From Lingula anatina (Eukaryota; Animalia; Brachiopoda), in contig CM120647.1 in NCBI GenBank assembly GCA_051362555.1, positions 7,378,001 to 7,442,000 of the forward strand: 64,000 nt of DNA, read 5' to 3'. Positions 50,010-62,131 of the stretch are shown piece after piece; the first letter of the stretch is position 1, and each line of letters opens with the position of its first letter. The notes beneath the pieces are model-generated. The model saw only the letters and a list, made by a program, of their open reading frames with translations, was not told the DNA's origin and searched no databases. A program made the position numbers and the translations under genes.

Positions 50010-53000
50010 GAAAGCACAGTTTAAGACAGCGCAGTTTAAGACAGATAGGAGAGCACTTCAGGTAAATTGTGCCAGTTTACTTTTATTGTTTTTAGACCAT
50101 TTTTCCCCCTCCTCCCCCCACCCTCCAACCCAGCATTTTTTTTTCTCCTGTAGCCCTGATCTTAATACTCATATTATGTTAGATATTGTTGTACCATCAC
50201 ACGTCACAGTAGGTAAAAGACTCCTAGCAACCGTTTGAATAAAGCAATGAGGTCAAGAGGCTCAGCGTGCTGCCAAAACTGCTTCCAAGGACGGAGGGAC
50301 ATGTAAGTATTGGTTGTAGAGACTTTTTTCTTCAATTTTAAAATAATTACTTAATATTTAATTTTATTTATTTACAAAGTGCAACAGCAAGTAAGCTCAT
50401 TTTTTATTTAAATTTCATTAAAAATAGCTCTTAGACTGCAGTGTAGTAGAAATTAATGTAATTAAAAAGATTATTTAAGAAATGCGGAAACAAAAGTATT
50501 ATGAAAATACCAATGTTGATGGTTCAATTCTGTTGAAGGCCAGAAAAAAAAGAAGGCAGCACAAAGGAAAAAAATTATCTGCGTCCCTGACCATCTCAAG
50601 GTTGACGATGCAGCCACACAGAAGAAAGTTGCCAAGAAGTTGGAAAGACAACAGGTGCCCCAAAGGGCCGCCACTGAGAGGACAGTGGGTCTGTTCAGGC
50701 ATTTCCAGCAGTTTGAGAGAGACACATCCCTAACTCAGGCTATACAGTGAGTATAAGCTTGGTTCCAGTGTAGGGACTTGATGAGAGAGGAACCAATTTA
50801 GGCTTGAAATCATGCTAACATGTGATGATTTACAATTATATTTATAAGTTTAAGGTGATAGTTTAAATAAGCCACGATTTAAGAATCTTTACTTTGCCAT
50901 GAAACTAATTCTATTTACAAGACTATTGAAAGACATTTTTTTCCAGAAATATTAACACATATCTTGCTTGGGCAAATATAATTGATGAATTCGGTTCACA
51001 GCTTGAATTTTAAGAGTAATATTATTGTTTTTCTAAATTCTGAAAGTATGTTGCTATCCACCCTGCAATCTTAAAGCAGCTGGGCTTACAGTATGCAGAG
51101 GGGGTAGTGTGTGGGTCCAATGCAAGGTGTATTGCACTGCTTAATGCCTTCAAACAGGTGGGTAAAAATTGGGTCTCTCTTGAACAGTGGTTCACTCTTC
51201 ACTTTTTATTCTTTTGCAATGTAAAACTTATTATTATTATCACTATAAAAGAGATATTTACTAGTATTAGAAAAAGAAATAAAGCAGATTGAAATATAAA
51301 ATGTCTCTCTGGTGTATTGGTAAGCTCCAAGTCAGGTTTTTCTTGATAATATTTTTTTTAATATCTCCAAAGCATGCAATGGTTCTCTTCATTTATTGTT
51401 TCCATCCCAGGTATACCAAAAGTGAAAACTCATAACACATCCCTTTTTCACATGTATGCGCTAAAGAATAATCCAAAAAGATTTCTATGCATGCATTTTG
51501 TTTTACAAATTCCACACAAGTTATTAAAAAATTATTATTCTTTTCTTTCAGTTTCTTTGCCCATTGTCGGCCATTTGCTATCAAAGCACTCAATGGCACA
51601 GTTTTAAAACAGCTTTAGCTTAAGCAACCCCACACCCAGGGTCATAAGACCACCAAGCCATTTCTACCAATAATGTATTTCCAAAAAACCCCAATTCATG
51701 TCTATTTGTGGACATAGTACCAGAAGTCAAATAATCTGGTGACCCAAATCAGGATTAACTGGTCCAAGTAAGAATTACATTAATACTGGATATTTACGCC
51801 TGTTAGATTAAAATTGATTTTGACAAATATGATTTTTAAATAGGTTGATCCTTCTAATAGGTCTATAAAACCGTTTGGCATATTTGTCTTTGACTCTTTA
51901 AGTTTGGGCATATTTATCTCTCCAAATAAGTCGTGTAATTCAATATTTTTAATGTTATTCGTACGTGATTTATATAATGTGTAGTAGAAATCTTTTACGC
52001 AAGTTAATTTCTCATTAAAAATGAAACTTTGAGGTAATAAATATGGCAGACATGTGATTTTAGGTATGGAATTTAAGAGAAAAAATTATAGATTTGAATT
52101 ATTTTCCTCAGGCCAAAAGAAATTTGATGGAGGTAATTGAAGAATTCTTGCAAGAAAAGATTCTAGCTGGAGAAGCCATCTCTCTAACTGTTCTGATGAT
52201 GGGGATGTCCTTCTTGTTTTTGGTTGGTGAGTGGTGAAAACTTTTTTAAAGCTTTGATTATTTTTTTATACTTTCAGAATAAAATGTTAAGTGGGGGTGT
52301 TTATACTAATGGTGATAGTTTTTAAGTGTTTTTGTAATAATGAAACAGATTGCTTCTCTTTTCAGCTCTTCTTTGATCCGGAAGATACTCTGCGACGCAC
52401 ACTCTAAAGGAAGACAGTTTTGTGTTTTCGTCGATGACGGTCATCCAAAGTTAGAAGGGCGAGAGATGATCTGTCGTCTCGTTAGACATGACATTAAGTG
52501 TCCTTACGTTCTCAATACAGCTCTTTATGTTATGCAAGAGGTCAGTGTGATTAATTTCAAATCTGGGGGTTCCCCAGGATTTGGGCTACAGGGAGTCCAA
52601 TATGTGAATCTATTATTTGCTCATTCATTTACACTGAGTCCAACCCAAGCATGCCCAACCAACCAACCACCAATTTTGTAAGTCATCCAGCGGTCTTTGA
52701 AAAGATGGGCTGTTTTTGAGGCAGATGGCTGTCCAAATGTTAACTGGACAGCTCTCTTGGAAAAAACTTGTTTCAAACAAAAAAATAAACTGTGTTTCAA
52801 TCAGTAATATGCACAACATGTTAGTTTCAGCAATGCACATTGGGTCAACCAACACAATAACTCATCCAATACAATGCACAATAAGACAACTAACACAATA
52901 TCTCAACCAATACAATGTACAATGTCTCCACTAACACAGTGTTCTGTGAGAAAGCTCCTTTTCACTCTATGTGCTCTGGCTCATCAAACACTGCGCACAA

Positions 53001-55910
53001 CATCTTGGACAATAAAGAAATTGTTTTATCTGCTTCAGCAAAGTGTATTATATCTTTGTAGAGGAGAAGATTATGGTTTGCCTTAATACAACTAAATGTC
53101 TCACCTAACACAATATACAATATTTTGTCTCAACCAACACGGTTGAAACTGTCTCCTCAAACAAAATGTTCATATATCATCTAGCACAACATGCTTTGTA
53201 TGGCATGACATACCACTTTCGTGCACATGTTTTATTTTATATAATAGACAAAGTAATACTGTGATTTATCATACTGATGCCAGCCTACGGAAGTCTTCTT
53301 AGGTGCTCTTGCTTTGTAATTCAAGGCAACTTTGTAAGTCGGCCATTTTTGCGGCCATGACCTTGGCTTCTTCCGTGTGACAAAATGTGCAAGCAATGTT
53401 TATGCAGGTGCAGCTAATGCATTCTGCCTTAATAGTCTATAATCACTTTTTAATAAATAACAAAATCATTGCAGAACCGCGTAATTACTAAATTAAAAGT
53501 TTATTACCATTTTAAAACTTTGGGAATGTGTTAATTACTTTGTTTTCTTTTTATTTGGTTATTAAAAAGTAGGCCCCTTTGAACTGCAAAGTAAATAAAG
53601 ACTAACGTGATGGAATTAAATGCTAATATGTTAATTAAATTTTATTTTCATCACCTTATCATATTCTATCTCATAGATGCAAATTGAACATTTGACTATT
53701 TTGAAAAAAAATGAAAATGTTGCTTAATTGATATGCTTTCATCATTATTATTGTTTTAATTATTGTCTCCCCCTCCCCATTCCCCTTTTCAAATTATTCT
53801 CTATATTCATTTCTTTTCTTTTTTTCAGGTAGATTTACAAATATTGTCTCCCAGTGGCCTGGAAGTGTCCACACTGCGCACATTTTTTCCACCTCAACAC
53901 CAGAAACCAGGGGATATATTTTAAAACTTTTCAAACAAACATTAATATTTCACATATATGTAGATATAAAAGTACTGATCCAGATTAAGATTATTTGTGT
54001 ACCGTTTCAAACTGTAATCATCTATTCGTTATGTGTTTTGTAATTGAAAAGCAATGTGTTCAATTATTGTGTTCAATGTGATACCCTTGTATAAATAACA
54101 TATTACATGTACATTTTCATCAGCACATAATGCACAAGTTGTGAAATAAATAATAAAATTGAAAATAGTAAGTAATGTAAAGTAATTTCTCTACATTTCT
54201 TTTAGAATATAATATTCACATGTAAAATTATTTATGAACAACAATTAACACTACAAGTTAAAAATGAATTTTCAACTACAATGCATTTGAAGTATACTGA
54301 CTTCTGTGGACTTGTAAGCCCAAGTTACTTTTGTTCATTTCAGTGTTTGATTGCAACAATTAAGTCTTGTATTTGAAACAAAGATGAACAGTCCATAAAA
54401 ATGAATAATATATCAAAAGTAATTATTCTATTGTCAATTTCTTGGATTTGTTTTATCAGTAAAGTTATTTAGCAACAGTGCCTGATGGGTAACCAAATAT
54501 GGACATAGACCCAGTTGTTCATAGCAACTATCTTCAAAGTGAGGTTGTTCTTAGCAATTATCCACTGTATAGTGATTTTATCCACCGTTTAGCTATCCGC
54601 CTGTTTATACGCTCTTTATACAATGCATATTTATCCACCGTTTAGCTATACACCGTATAGGGCATTTACACACTGTATAGAGTTATCCGGCGTATACTGC
54701 TATACGGCTTTCATACAACCCAGTCCTGGTGTGTTGTGAACCTACAAAGACCAACAGATCCCTGGATCAAGTATGGCCGACCTACTTGAATGCTTGTTGT
54801 GAAATCCCTGCAGGGAATCTATTAATTGTCTTAAAAGGGGTTGCACAGCAAGCTTTTAAGTGGGTTGGCCATATTTGTTCTGCAGGTCACCTAGTTGACA
54901 CTATGAACAGCATGTTAACCAGAGCAGTGCACAAAGGTCAACTAACACAATATCTCAACTTATACAATGCATAATGTCTCATCTAACACGATATTCTGTG
55001 AAAATATCCTTTGTTAACCTGTACTATGTACACTGGCTCATCAAACACGACATCTTGGGACAATACAGTAATTATTTTATCTGTTTCAGTAAAGTGTATT
55101 ATGTCTTTGTTGAGGGGATGGTCAAAGTTTGCCTTTGTACATTTAAATGTCTCACCTAGCACAATGTTTTGTCTCAACCAACACGGTTCACACTGTCTCC
55201 TCAAAGAAAATGACCATATCTCATCTAGCACAGTGTGTTTTGTCTGACTTGACAATTCACTTTCAAGTACATATTTTATTTTATGTAATAGACAAAATAA
55301 CACTATGATTCATTAAATTAATTCCAGGCTACAAAAGTCTTCTTAGGTGCTCACGCTTTGTTAGCTAATGGTTATGTCATGTCCAGAGTGGGAACTTCCA
55401 AGATCTCACTCCTGGTTAAGGCGTATGATGTGCCAGTCATGGTTTGTTGTGACACCTACAAGTTCTGTGAGAGAGTAAAGGCAGAATCTTTTGTTGCTAA
55501 TGAATTAGGTGAGTATTTTTTTTCTTGTCGCCTTCACAGCAGTGGACTTAAGGGATTGTTGCACAATCCCCGCGGTGAATCTATTCAGTGTCTATCAGTG
55601 GATTAGGTGGCACGCTTTTAAGTAGGTCGACCATATTTGATCCATGGATCTATTAGTCCACTATTAGTCAATTTGTTCTGAATGCGACCTGTCTCTCTCT
55701 CTCATCATGGTGTTTAACGATGCTCAGCAGACTGTAGCATAATCATCAACAGAAGACGAACAAAACAGCCACCAAAAATCAAACATAGTCTGTTTCTTTA
55801 AGATGGGCTAGAAATTTAACATACTTAAATCACAATCCAGGAGACCCTGGTGACTTGGTAAGACTCACAAAAATGAAACATACTTGGACAACTGGAAACT
55901 GTGCAAGAAC
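50010..55910 (+). pseudogene. EIF2B4: eIF2B-delta pseudogene, copy 3
   Basis: Exon remnants at 50010-50061, ~50257-50302 (EAQRAAK), 50539-50746, 51039-51157 ([21 protein letters not shown]), 51552-51600, 52112-52226, 52365-52540, 55328-55508 ([43 protein letters not shown]) and ~55841-55910 (DPGDL). The start exon and most of the last exon are deleted. There is a partial internal duplication at ~53280/54720-55320. Confidence 0.92.
53320..54720 (+). mobile_element. Harbinger transposon remnant within a duplicated EIF2B4 exon
   Basis: After an AG acceptor at ~53828 the sequence reads RFTNIVSQWPGSVHTAHIF, which matches the Harbinger/HARBI1 DDE_Tnp_4 motif F.N..A.WPGS.HD..IF. Subterminal TATCCACCG/TATACACCG repeats lead to ..TTCATACAACCCAGTC next to EIF2B4 CTGGTGTGTTGTGAA. 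Confidence 0.65.
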
Positions 55911-57460
55911 AGTGCTGAAACATGGTGGATTCAGATCCAGTCTTTTTGACAAAGGAAGCACCTATCTATCCCAATGGGGATTGAGGGAGGGGGTGGGGAG
56001 AGGACACAACGAAGCTCATGAATCATGTTTTGTAAAAGTGGCATACTGGAATGCTAAGTGGCTGCCCCTTTCCACCCCCTGCCCCCCACTTGGTATCTTT
56101 TATCCAGTTTGGTATTTTTTTGATGGAATGACTCTTTAAGAAGATATATATGATGATTGATAATACATGTATGCCACTTCTTAAGATATTTAATTGATTT
56201 GTATTCTAACACATGCATTCATGAGTAGTATAGAATCAACGCGACAGTTACCATCGGTGGGTGGATTGTTTTTTTTTGTTTGTTTATATATTTGTTTGTT
56301 TGTCTTTCTGTCTGTCTGTCTGTCTGTCTGTCTTTTTGCTTGTTTGTTTGTTTGTTTGTTTTTGAAGGAGGTGTAATTATGGCTACCAATGCTTTTTTAA
56401 ATTGGTTTTAAAGTCATTTATTTTTCTTTGTTTTTGAAAATCTTGTCTGTTTTGATTTTCAGTCTCGTCTCATCTTATAGGTAAAAGTGCGCTTGCACTG
56501 ATGTTTGTTTCAATAAGCGGGTATACAAACAATTACGCTAAGACGCGCAGTGGACATAGTCCGTATTTGATCGCTCAAGTGCTCTTGTACTCAAACAGGT
56601 GTATCAAATATTGCTATGTCTAAGACCGCATTCTCAACGAATTGAGCCAGGCTTTACAAATCCTGGGAGCTAAAAATGGCGGATGTACATGAAAGAAAAA
56701 ACGCCTAATCTTTTAATAGTCTCTCCGCCTCTCACACGCCTCCCCACACGTCGTCCCTGCGTGGTACAGTAATTAAATCTCGGCTCCGTTCGCCATGCGG
56801 AAGCTACCTGAGAAATATTAAGTGCGCATGCTCATTGGTCAGTTATTGGTCATCAGCTAGTTCCCCTTCTTCAGTTGAAAGTGTGGAACAAGGCAAACAT
56901 CAGCATAAGAACGAACTGCGCCCTTTGACGAGACTGCATACGCAAAAATTCTGCCCACCTCCAACTCCGTCTACTGGGGCTGGGTACCTCTGTGAATATC
57001 TCCGTGAATATCTCTGGTGATATTATCTCCGTAGATAGTCGATTCATTGCTGCTCTACGGGCCAATTCATTCCTTTTTCGACTCTGTTTTGAAAGATAAT
57101 AGAATAGAAGAGCTTTTTTCCTTCGATCGCCTTCAGCCGCCATGCTTTTTTCACCACGAGTTTGACCTGGATTTTGGCTCGTGCTGCCTTAAGATTTTTG
57201 TACGATCTACGTAAGGTGAAAGGTTATATGTTTGACAGGATTAAAATTGCGTGTTTTCAAAACAGGACAGATAACGTCTCTGAAAACTGGCATCTTCATC
57301 ATCACCCTTAATACAAATTCTTAAAGTACTTTTTATCATTTAATCTCAAATGAAAAGAATTTTAGCCCAATTGGTTAAATTATCAGTAAGGATACAAAGG
57401 ATATATTAAAAGAAGTACCACTGAGTGTGAAAATATCCATCTTATATATATATATATGGA

Positions 57461-57527
<67 letters not shown>

Positions 57528-57786
57528 CACCAGATTTTTGTCTACCATGTCAAAAATAGCTTGACGTTATTGGGGAACTTTTTCAAGTCTAGGATCCAGA
57601 GAAGTAACGTTAAGGGCACAAAACTTAACATCATTGTTTCAGAAAACGTCCGGGTTTTAATTTGCTTCTCTCCACAGGTTATCGTACTGTTTATTGTCCC
57701 AAGTCATTGGATAACCTGTGTAATTTTCTTTGCAATAAAAACACCAGTACTTATCTCATGATCTCTGCTTTTCTTAGCGCGTATAA

Positions 57787-60700
57787 TTAGTGAAAGAGTT
57801 TAAGAAACAAACACGCCAATCCCACAAAATTAAGTGCCCAAGGCACTTGACGGGCGCATCCCCTGCTACAAACAAACGTGCCGATTCCAGAAGTAGAAGT
57901 AGTCAGCAATGCTGCGTCAAAGACGTTCCTGGATGTGCGATTAAACATGACGCTTGCATCAAAAGGTATGTTGCCAATGGAGAGCTGGTTGCCAATGTCT
58001 TTGATATAAGCCCCGACTCGATCTTCAAATCGTTCGAACCAACGCAGGCCGTCAGGGATGCGGGGGACAGGTTTCGCCAGTTTAACTGGTATACGAACAA
58101 GGGTGTATTCTCCATGGAACGACGGGGTGCCGCATCCTGTATTTAAGGTATCACCATACAATCCTTCGTGTAAGGGGTCGATGTAGAGCGAGGACTGGGT
58201 AGTGAATAAACTGATCGAGATGCATGCTTCGAACAAGACAACCAAGTCTTGCCAGCTTTATTTTGGGATTAGTTTCAGGATCAGAATGAACTGCATGTTG
58301 ACGAAGCCGGTCAAGGGTAACAAACATCCCGGGTCATTCTCTTGGCATGAATGCTGTTGGCACGATTTCTAAAAACAAAAGTCAAAAATGTGAATCAAAG
58401 AAATAAAGTCAGCAATTAAAAAACAAACGATAAAAATGCATATTTTTTTACCCGTTCTAAACTTTTAATTTTTTTTCTTAATTGCTGGCCATCAGAAAAG
58501 CGAAAACAAATCAATTTTAGGGAGCTATTTACGCTATCAAAAGCATCGCAGGGAAAACCGTATGCCGTATGCCGCGCCCTTGCCAAATGTAATTTAGATT
58601 TGTGTCAGGAAGCGGTAAAATTATTATTTTTTATTTGTTTTAGTCATTCATGACATAAATCTATAAAAAATATTTAAAACATTTATTGTCCAAAAATCGT
58701 TGATTAAATTCATTTGTTTGGCGACTTAATAAACCCATGCTAAAATCATGCAGCATGATGCCTGCGACTTTTGCTGAGACCAGGCTCAGATAAACCCATC
58801 GTACTAGCTGGATCGATCCAAATCTGCGGCGGATTTTCACTAAATTGCATTCATTGTAATCAGCTTCATTATCTGACATGCATCCTCGAGTATAAGAACT
58901 TCTGAGCGCCTGGCGCCGATGTCGATAGTTAATTTGCCCCTGGTCGAGCACCCGTGTCAGACAATTAAGCTGATTACATTAACTGCACTGAAACGATAAT
59001 CCCCACAGTGTTGGAGCGATCCAGCTAGTACGATGGGTTAATCTGCAGGCATTATACTGCTAATGCAAAGGGTTTATCTGACCCCCCCCCCCTCTTTCCG
59101 GACCGACTGAATATTGCAAGATTCGATTTTCTATTCACCGATCAAGAAGAAATAAGCACCAAGATTTCCAAACAGCTTTATTCCTACTGCCTATGTCCTC
59201 CCTTAATCTACCCACCACCAATCCTATTTATACCCTTCTCTACATTAAAATATTGCCTATTAATAATAAACTTCAGGTCTTATCAACTCCCACGAGAAAT
59301 CCTAAAGGGGAGACAGTGGGTCCCTCACAGTATGATGGTCCCGCCTGACCTACTGAACACATGGGCCTCATCTGCGTCCAAAGGACGTTTGTGATCCAAC
59401 GGCATAAATCTAAAGGCATAGGCCTACATTGTGTGATAGACCTTTATGATTATTAATAATCTAGGTAGTTTAAGCTTTTTTACTTCATAATGGTATCCCT
59501 AATACAATGATAAAATGCATTTTTCCAAACAGTTTGCAGTGTAAATTTCTGCACATATATCGTTATTGGTAAACGAATGTCTGTTCCCCTCTCCATTAAT
59601 GACTGTTATTCTGTATTGAATTTTCCATGAAAATTCAATATTTGTTGCGTAAAGGTATAGCGCTCAGATCTATTACCTTTAATAAAAAAAAAACATTGTA
59701 GACAACACACAAAATTGTACCAAATTTCTTTCAACCACCAATACGGTTATCGCAGTTATTCCGAAATCTGTGCTTGCCGTCGGACCACTTGGACCTGTAT
59801 GCATGGTTACCTTTCTTAATAGATTATTTTGTTTCTAAAAAATCACACTTTAAAGAAAAAACGTAATTCACTAACTTTGAATGCCGAAAGTAATTCATTA
59901 AAACCGGAAAGTATGGGAAAATGGCCGTTTACCCCAGAAAAATTGTCTTTTCGGCATTTTCCTTTCAAATAAAGAGTTGTTATCCTTTTCAACAACTTGA
60001 GTATATTAATATATTCATTCCAAACTTTCCATGCTTACGTCGTGCTTATTTTCTTGACATCGCATTTCTTTCTGGAAGTCTATGACAGCGGAGAAACCAA
60101 GTGAATCTAATATCTTGAGATCACTTGCCTCTGAAAGAACAACATACTGTTAGTGCTCATTTCCAATGAAACTATCAGTCTACGGAAATCGATGCAACTT
60201 GGCAGGGACTCTCACTGAATGCAACGAAATTTAAAGATTTACACTCCTCCTGTTGCTTCCGAGTATAACTAGTATAACTAGTATAACTAGTATAACTAGT
60301 ATAACCACCAATTTTTCTGTATTATACTCAGGAGGAGGCTTGTAATCTTTTAAACTGATTGCATTCATCGAAAATCCCTGCGTTGTTGGATCAATCTATG
60401 TAGACCGACAGTTTAAATATAAACGAGTCCTTAGATACCCACAGAGAGTCAGATGTGCTTCTTCTACGGATTTCCCAACAATGAAACAATGCATTAGGTG
60501 AACTTAAGTTTTATGAATTTAGCATAAATAAGATAAATGAAGAAAGCACCTGGCCTGACATTAAGATGGACGTATTAAGGCAACGTTTCATACCTTTTTT
60601 ATTATAAAAAACCCAGAAAAAATAACAAAAACGCGAATTTAGCCTCCCTTTCTATTTAATAAGTAGATTGAATATACACAGGTAAAACAAATGGATCATT

Positions 60701-61989
60701 TCATGCAATTTTAGGAGCCCCCCCCCAGTTTAAAATTAAGGCAAAACCTATATCGTTTTCGACATACCGTGTTCATCACATTCCTGAATTTCTACCCCTA
60801 TCGCACTGGACAGTTGACACAGCCAACAAAAAACGTTTCGTCCATAGCCGTATCCGATATTAGAGTGGTAATAGGTTATGGACACAGGCTTCGTCTGGCA
60901 AAGTGTGACTAGGTCCTTGTCGGCATAATAATTGCATCGGTCGTCTTGTAGGCCTCTTACGGGGTCATGACTCCCCCCAGGTCCGATGCAAGGACGCCCT
61001 GGATAATGCTCCGGGGGTTCAAATAGCACCATACAATCGGGCAACGAGAATACCTTTTCCAGAATTCCAGAGGAAGTTGTTGCATTCACAAACGTTTCGA
61101 ATTGGGTTTCTTCGCAGACTATTTTGGGCGTCCACGCTTGGAAATTCACGACGCCATGACAGGCAGCACAATAGATGTTTTTAAAAGTGACATTGTGCTC
61201 TTTTGACGAAACAGGTAGAAGAACATCCGTTTTGGTTGGGAGGCCGCTAAACTCACACTTCGCCCTAACCGCTGCGTCGGTCCATTGCTGCGGACACGAC
61301 TTAACGACCCAGTAGTACTTGCTGTAAACGCCCAAAATTTCTCGAGTGCCCTGTAACCAACACTCCGTGTGATTTGGCTCAATAAAAATTTCTGTTTGCT
61401 TTATGTCTCTGCAGTAACGATCGAGTGGCCAGCAACAATCATCAAAAATAGAACAAACATCGTCACAGTAGCACGTCACCCGTACATTGTCTTGATAGTG
61501 AACACTTTTCGTTGCACTGCCCTCAATAAGGACGCAAAACGGTCGATTAACGGGGTAAGTGAGCAGCAATTCATCCAACGGGCTTACTGTTGTTGGTAAA
61601 TCGACTGCATACAATGGCGATGAAATACCTGAACGATTCTCAACCCCTATTCCACTGAAAGATTCTGATGATGATGTGCTGTTGTGCCAGGAAAGGGTTC
61701 CAGTCAAAGTGAAGGTTTCATTTATTCCTCGAAATCTCTTTTTGCTTTCTGCGTTGTTCCTCCGAAAACGTTTTTTCACGTTTGACTTCTCGCTTTTGCT
61801 TGAGATATGTTTCTTTCCATCAGTTTCTGACATATTTTTGTGAGAATCTGTATCTATTAAAGGTTTCCTATCTTCACCCAAAATTGCCAATGAAATACCT
61901 TTTGCTCTTTGATTCATCAAGTTAGGTTGTAAAACATATTGGTGCCAGGTAATAAAGAAAATAACTAAAGTAAATAATGGGAAGTTCAT
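57787..61989 (-). CDS. Cys-rich gene copy C (exons 61989-60768, 60130-60039, 58368-57787) with a premature stop at 58260-58258; ~474-aa truncated product or young pseudogene
   Basis: Splice sites are intact. Codon 37 of exon 3 is TAA where A and B have CAA (PKQSW). The downstream frame stays open to the ancestral stop at 57787. Confidence 0.8.
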
Positions 61990-62057
61990 GTTGAACACTT
62001 TGTCTGTCTTTCTGACAATTCCTTGAATGAGCAGTGTTTGTCTCTCTTTCTTTCTAC

Positions 62058-62131
<74 letters not shown>

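Noticed and set aside
55328-55508. Functional EIF2B4 gene, suggested by this clean exon
   Set aside because: The other exons of this copy have deletions, frameshifts, a lost acceptor and no start exon.
60262-60305. (ACTAGTATAA)x4 as a regulatory array
   Set aside because: Private slippage of a single 10-mer present once in copies A and B, inside an old MITE.
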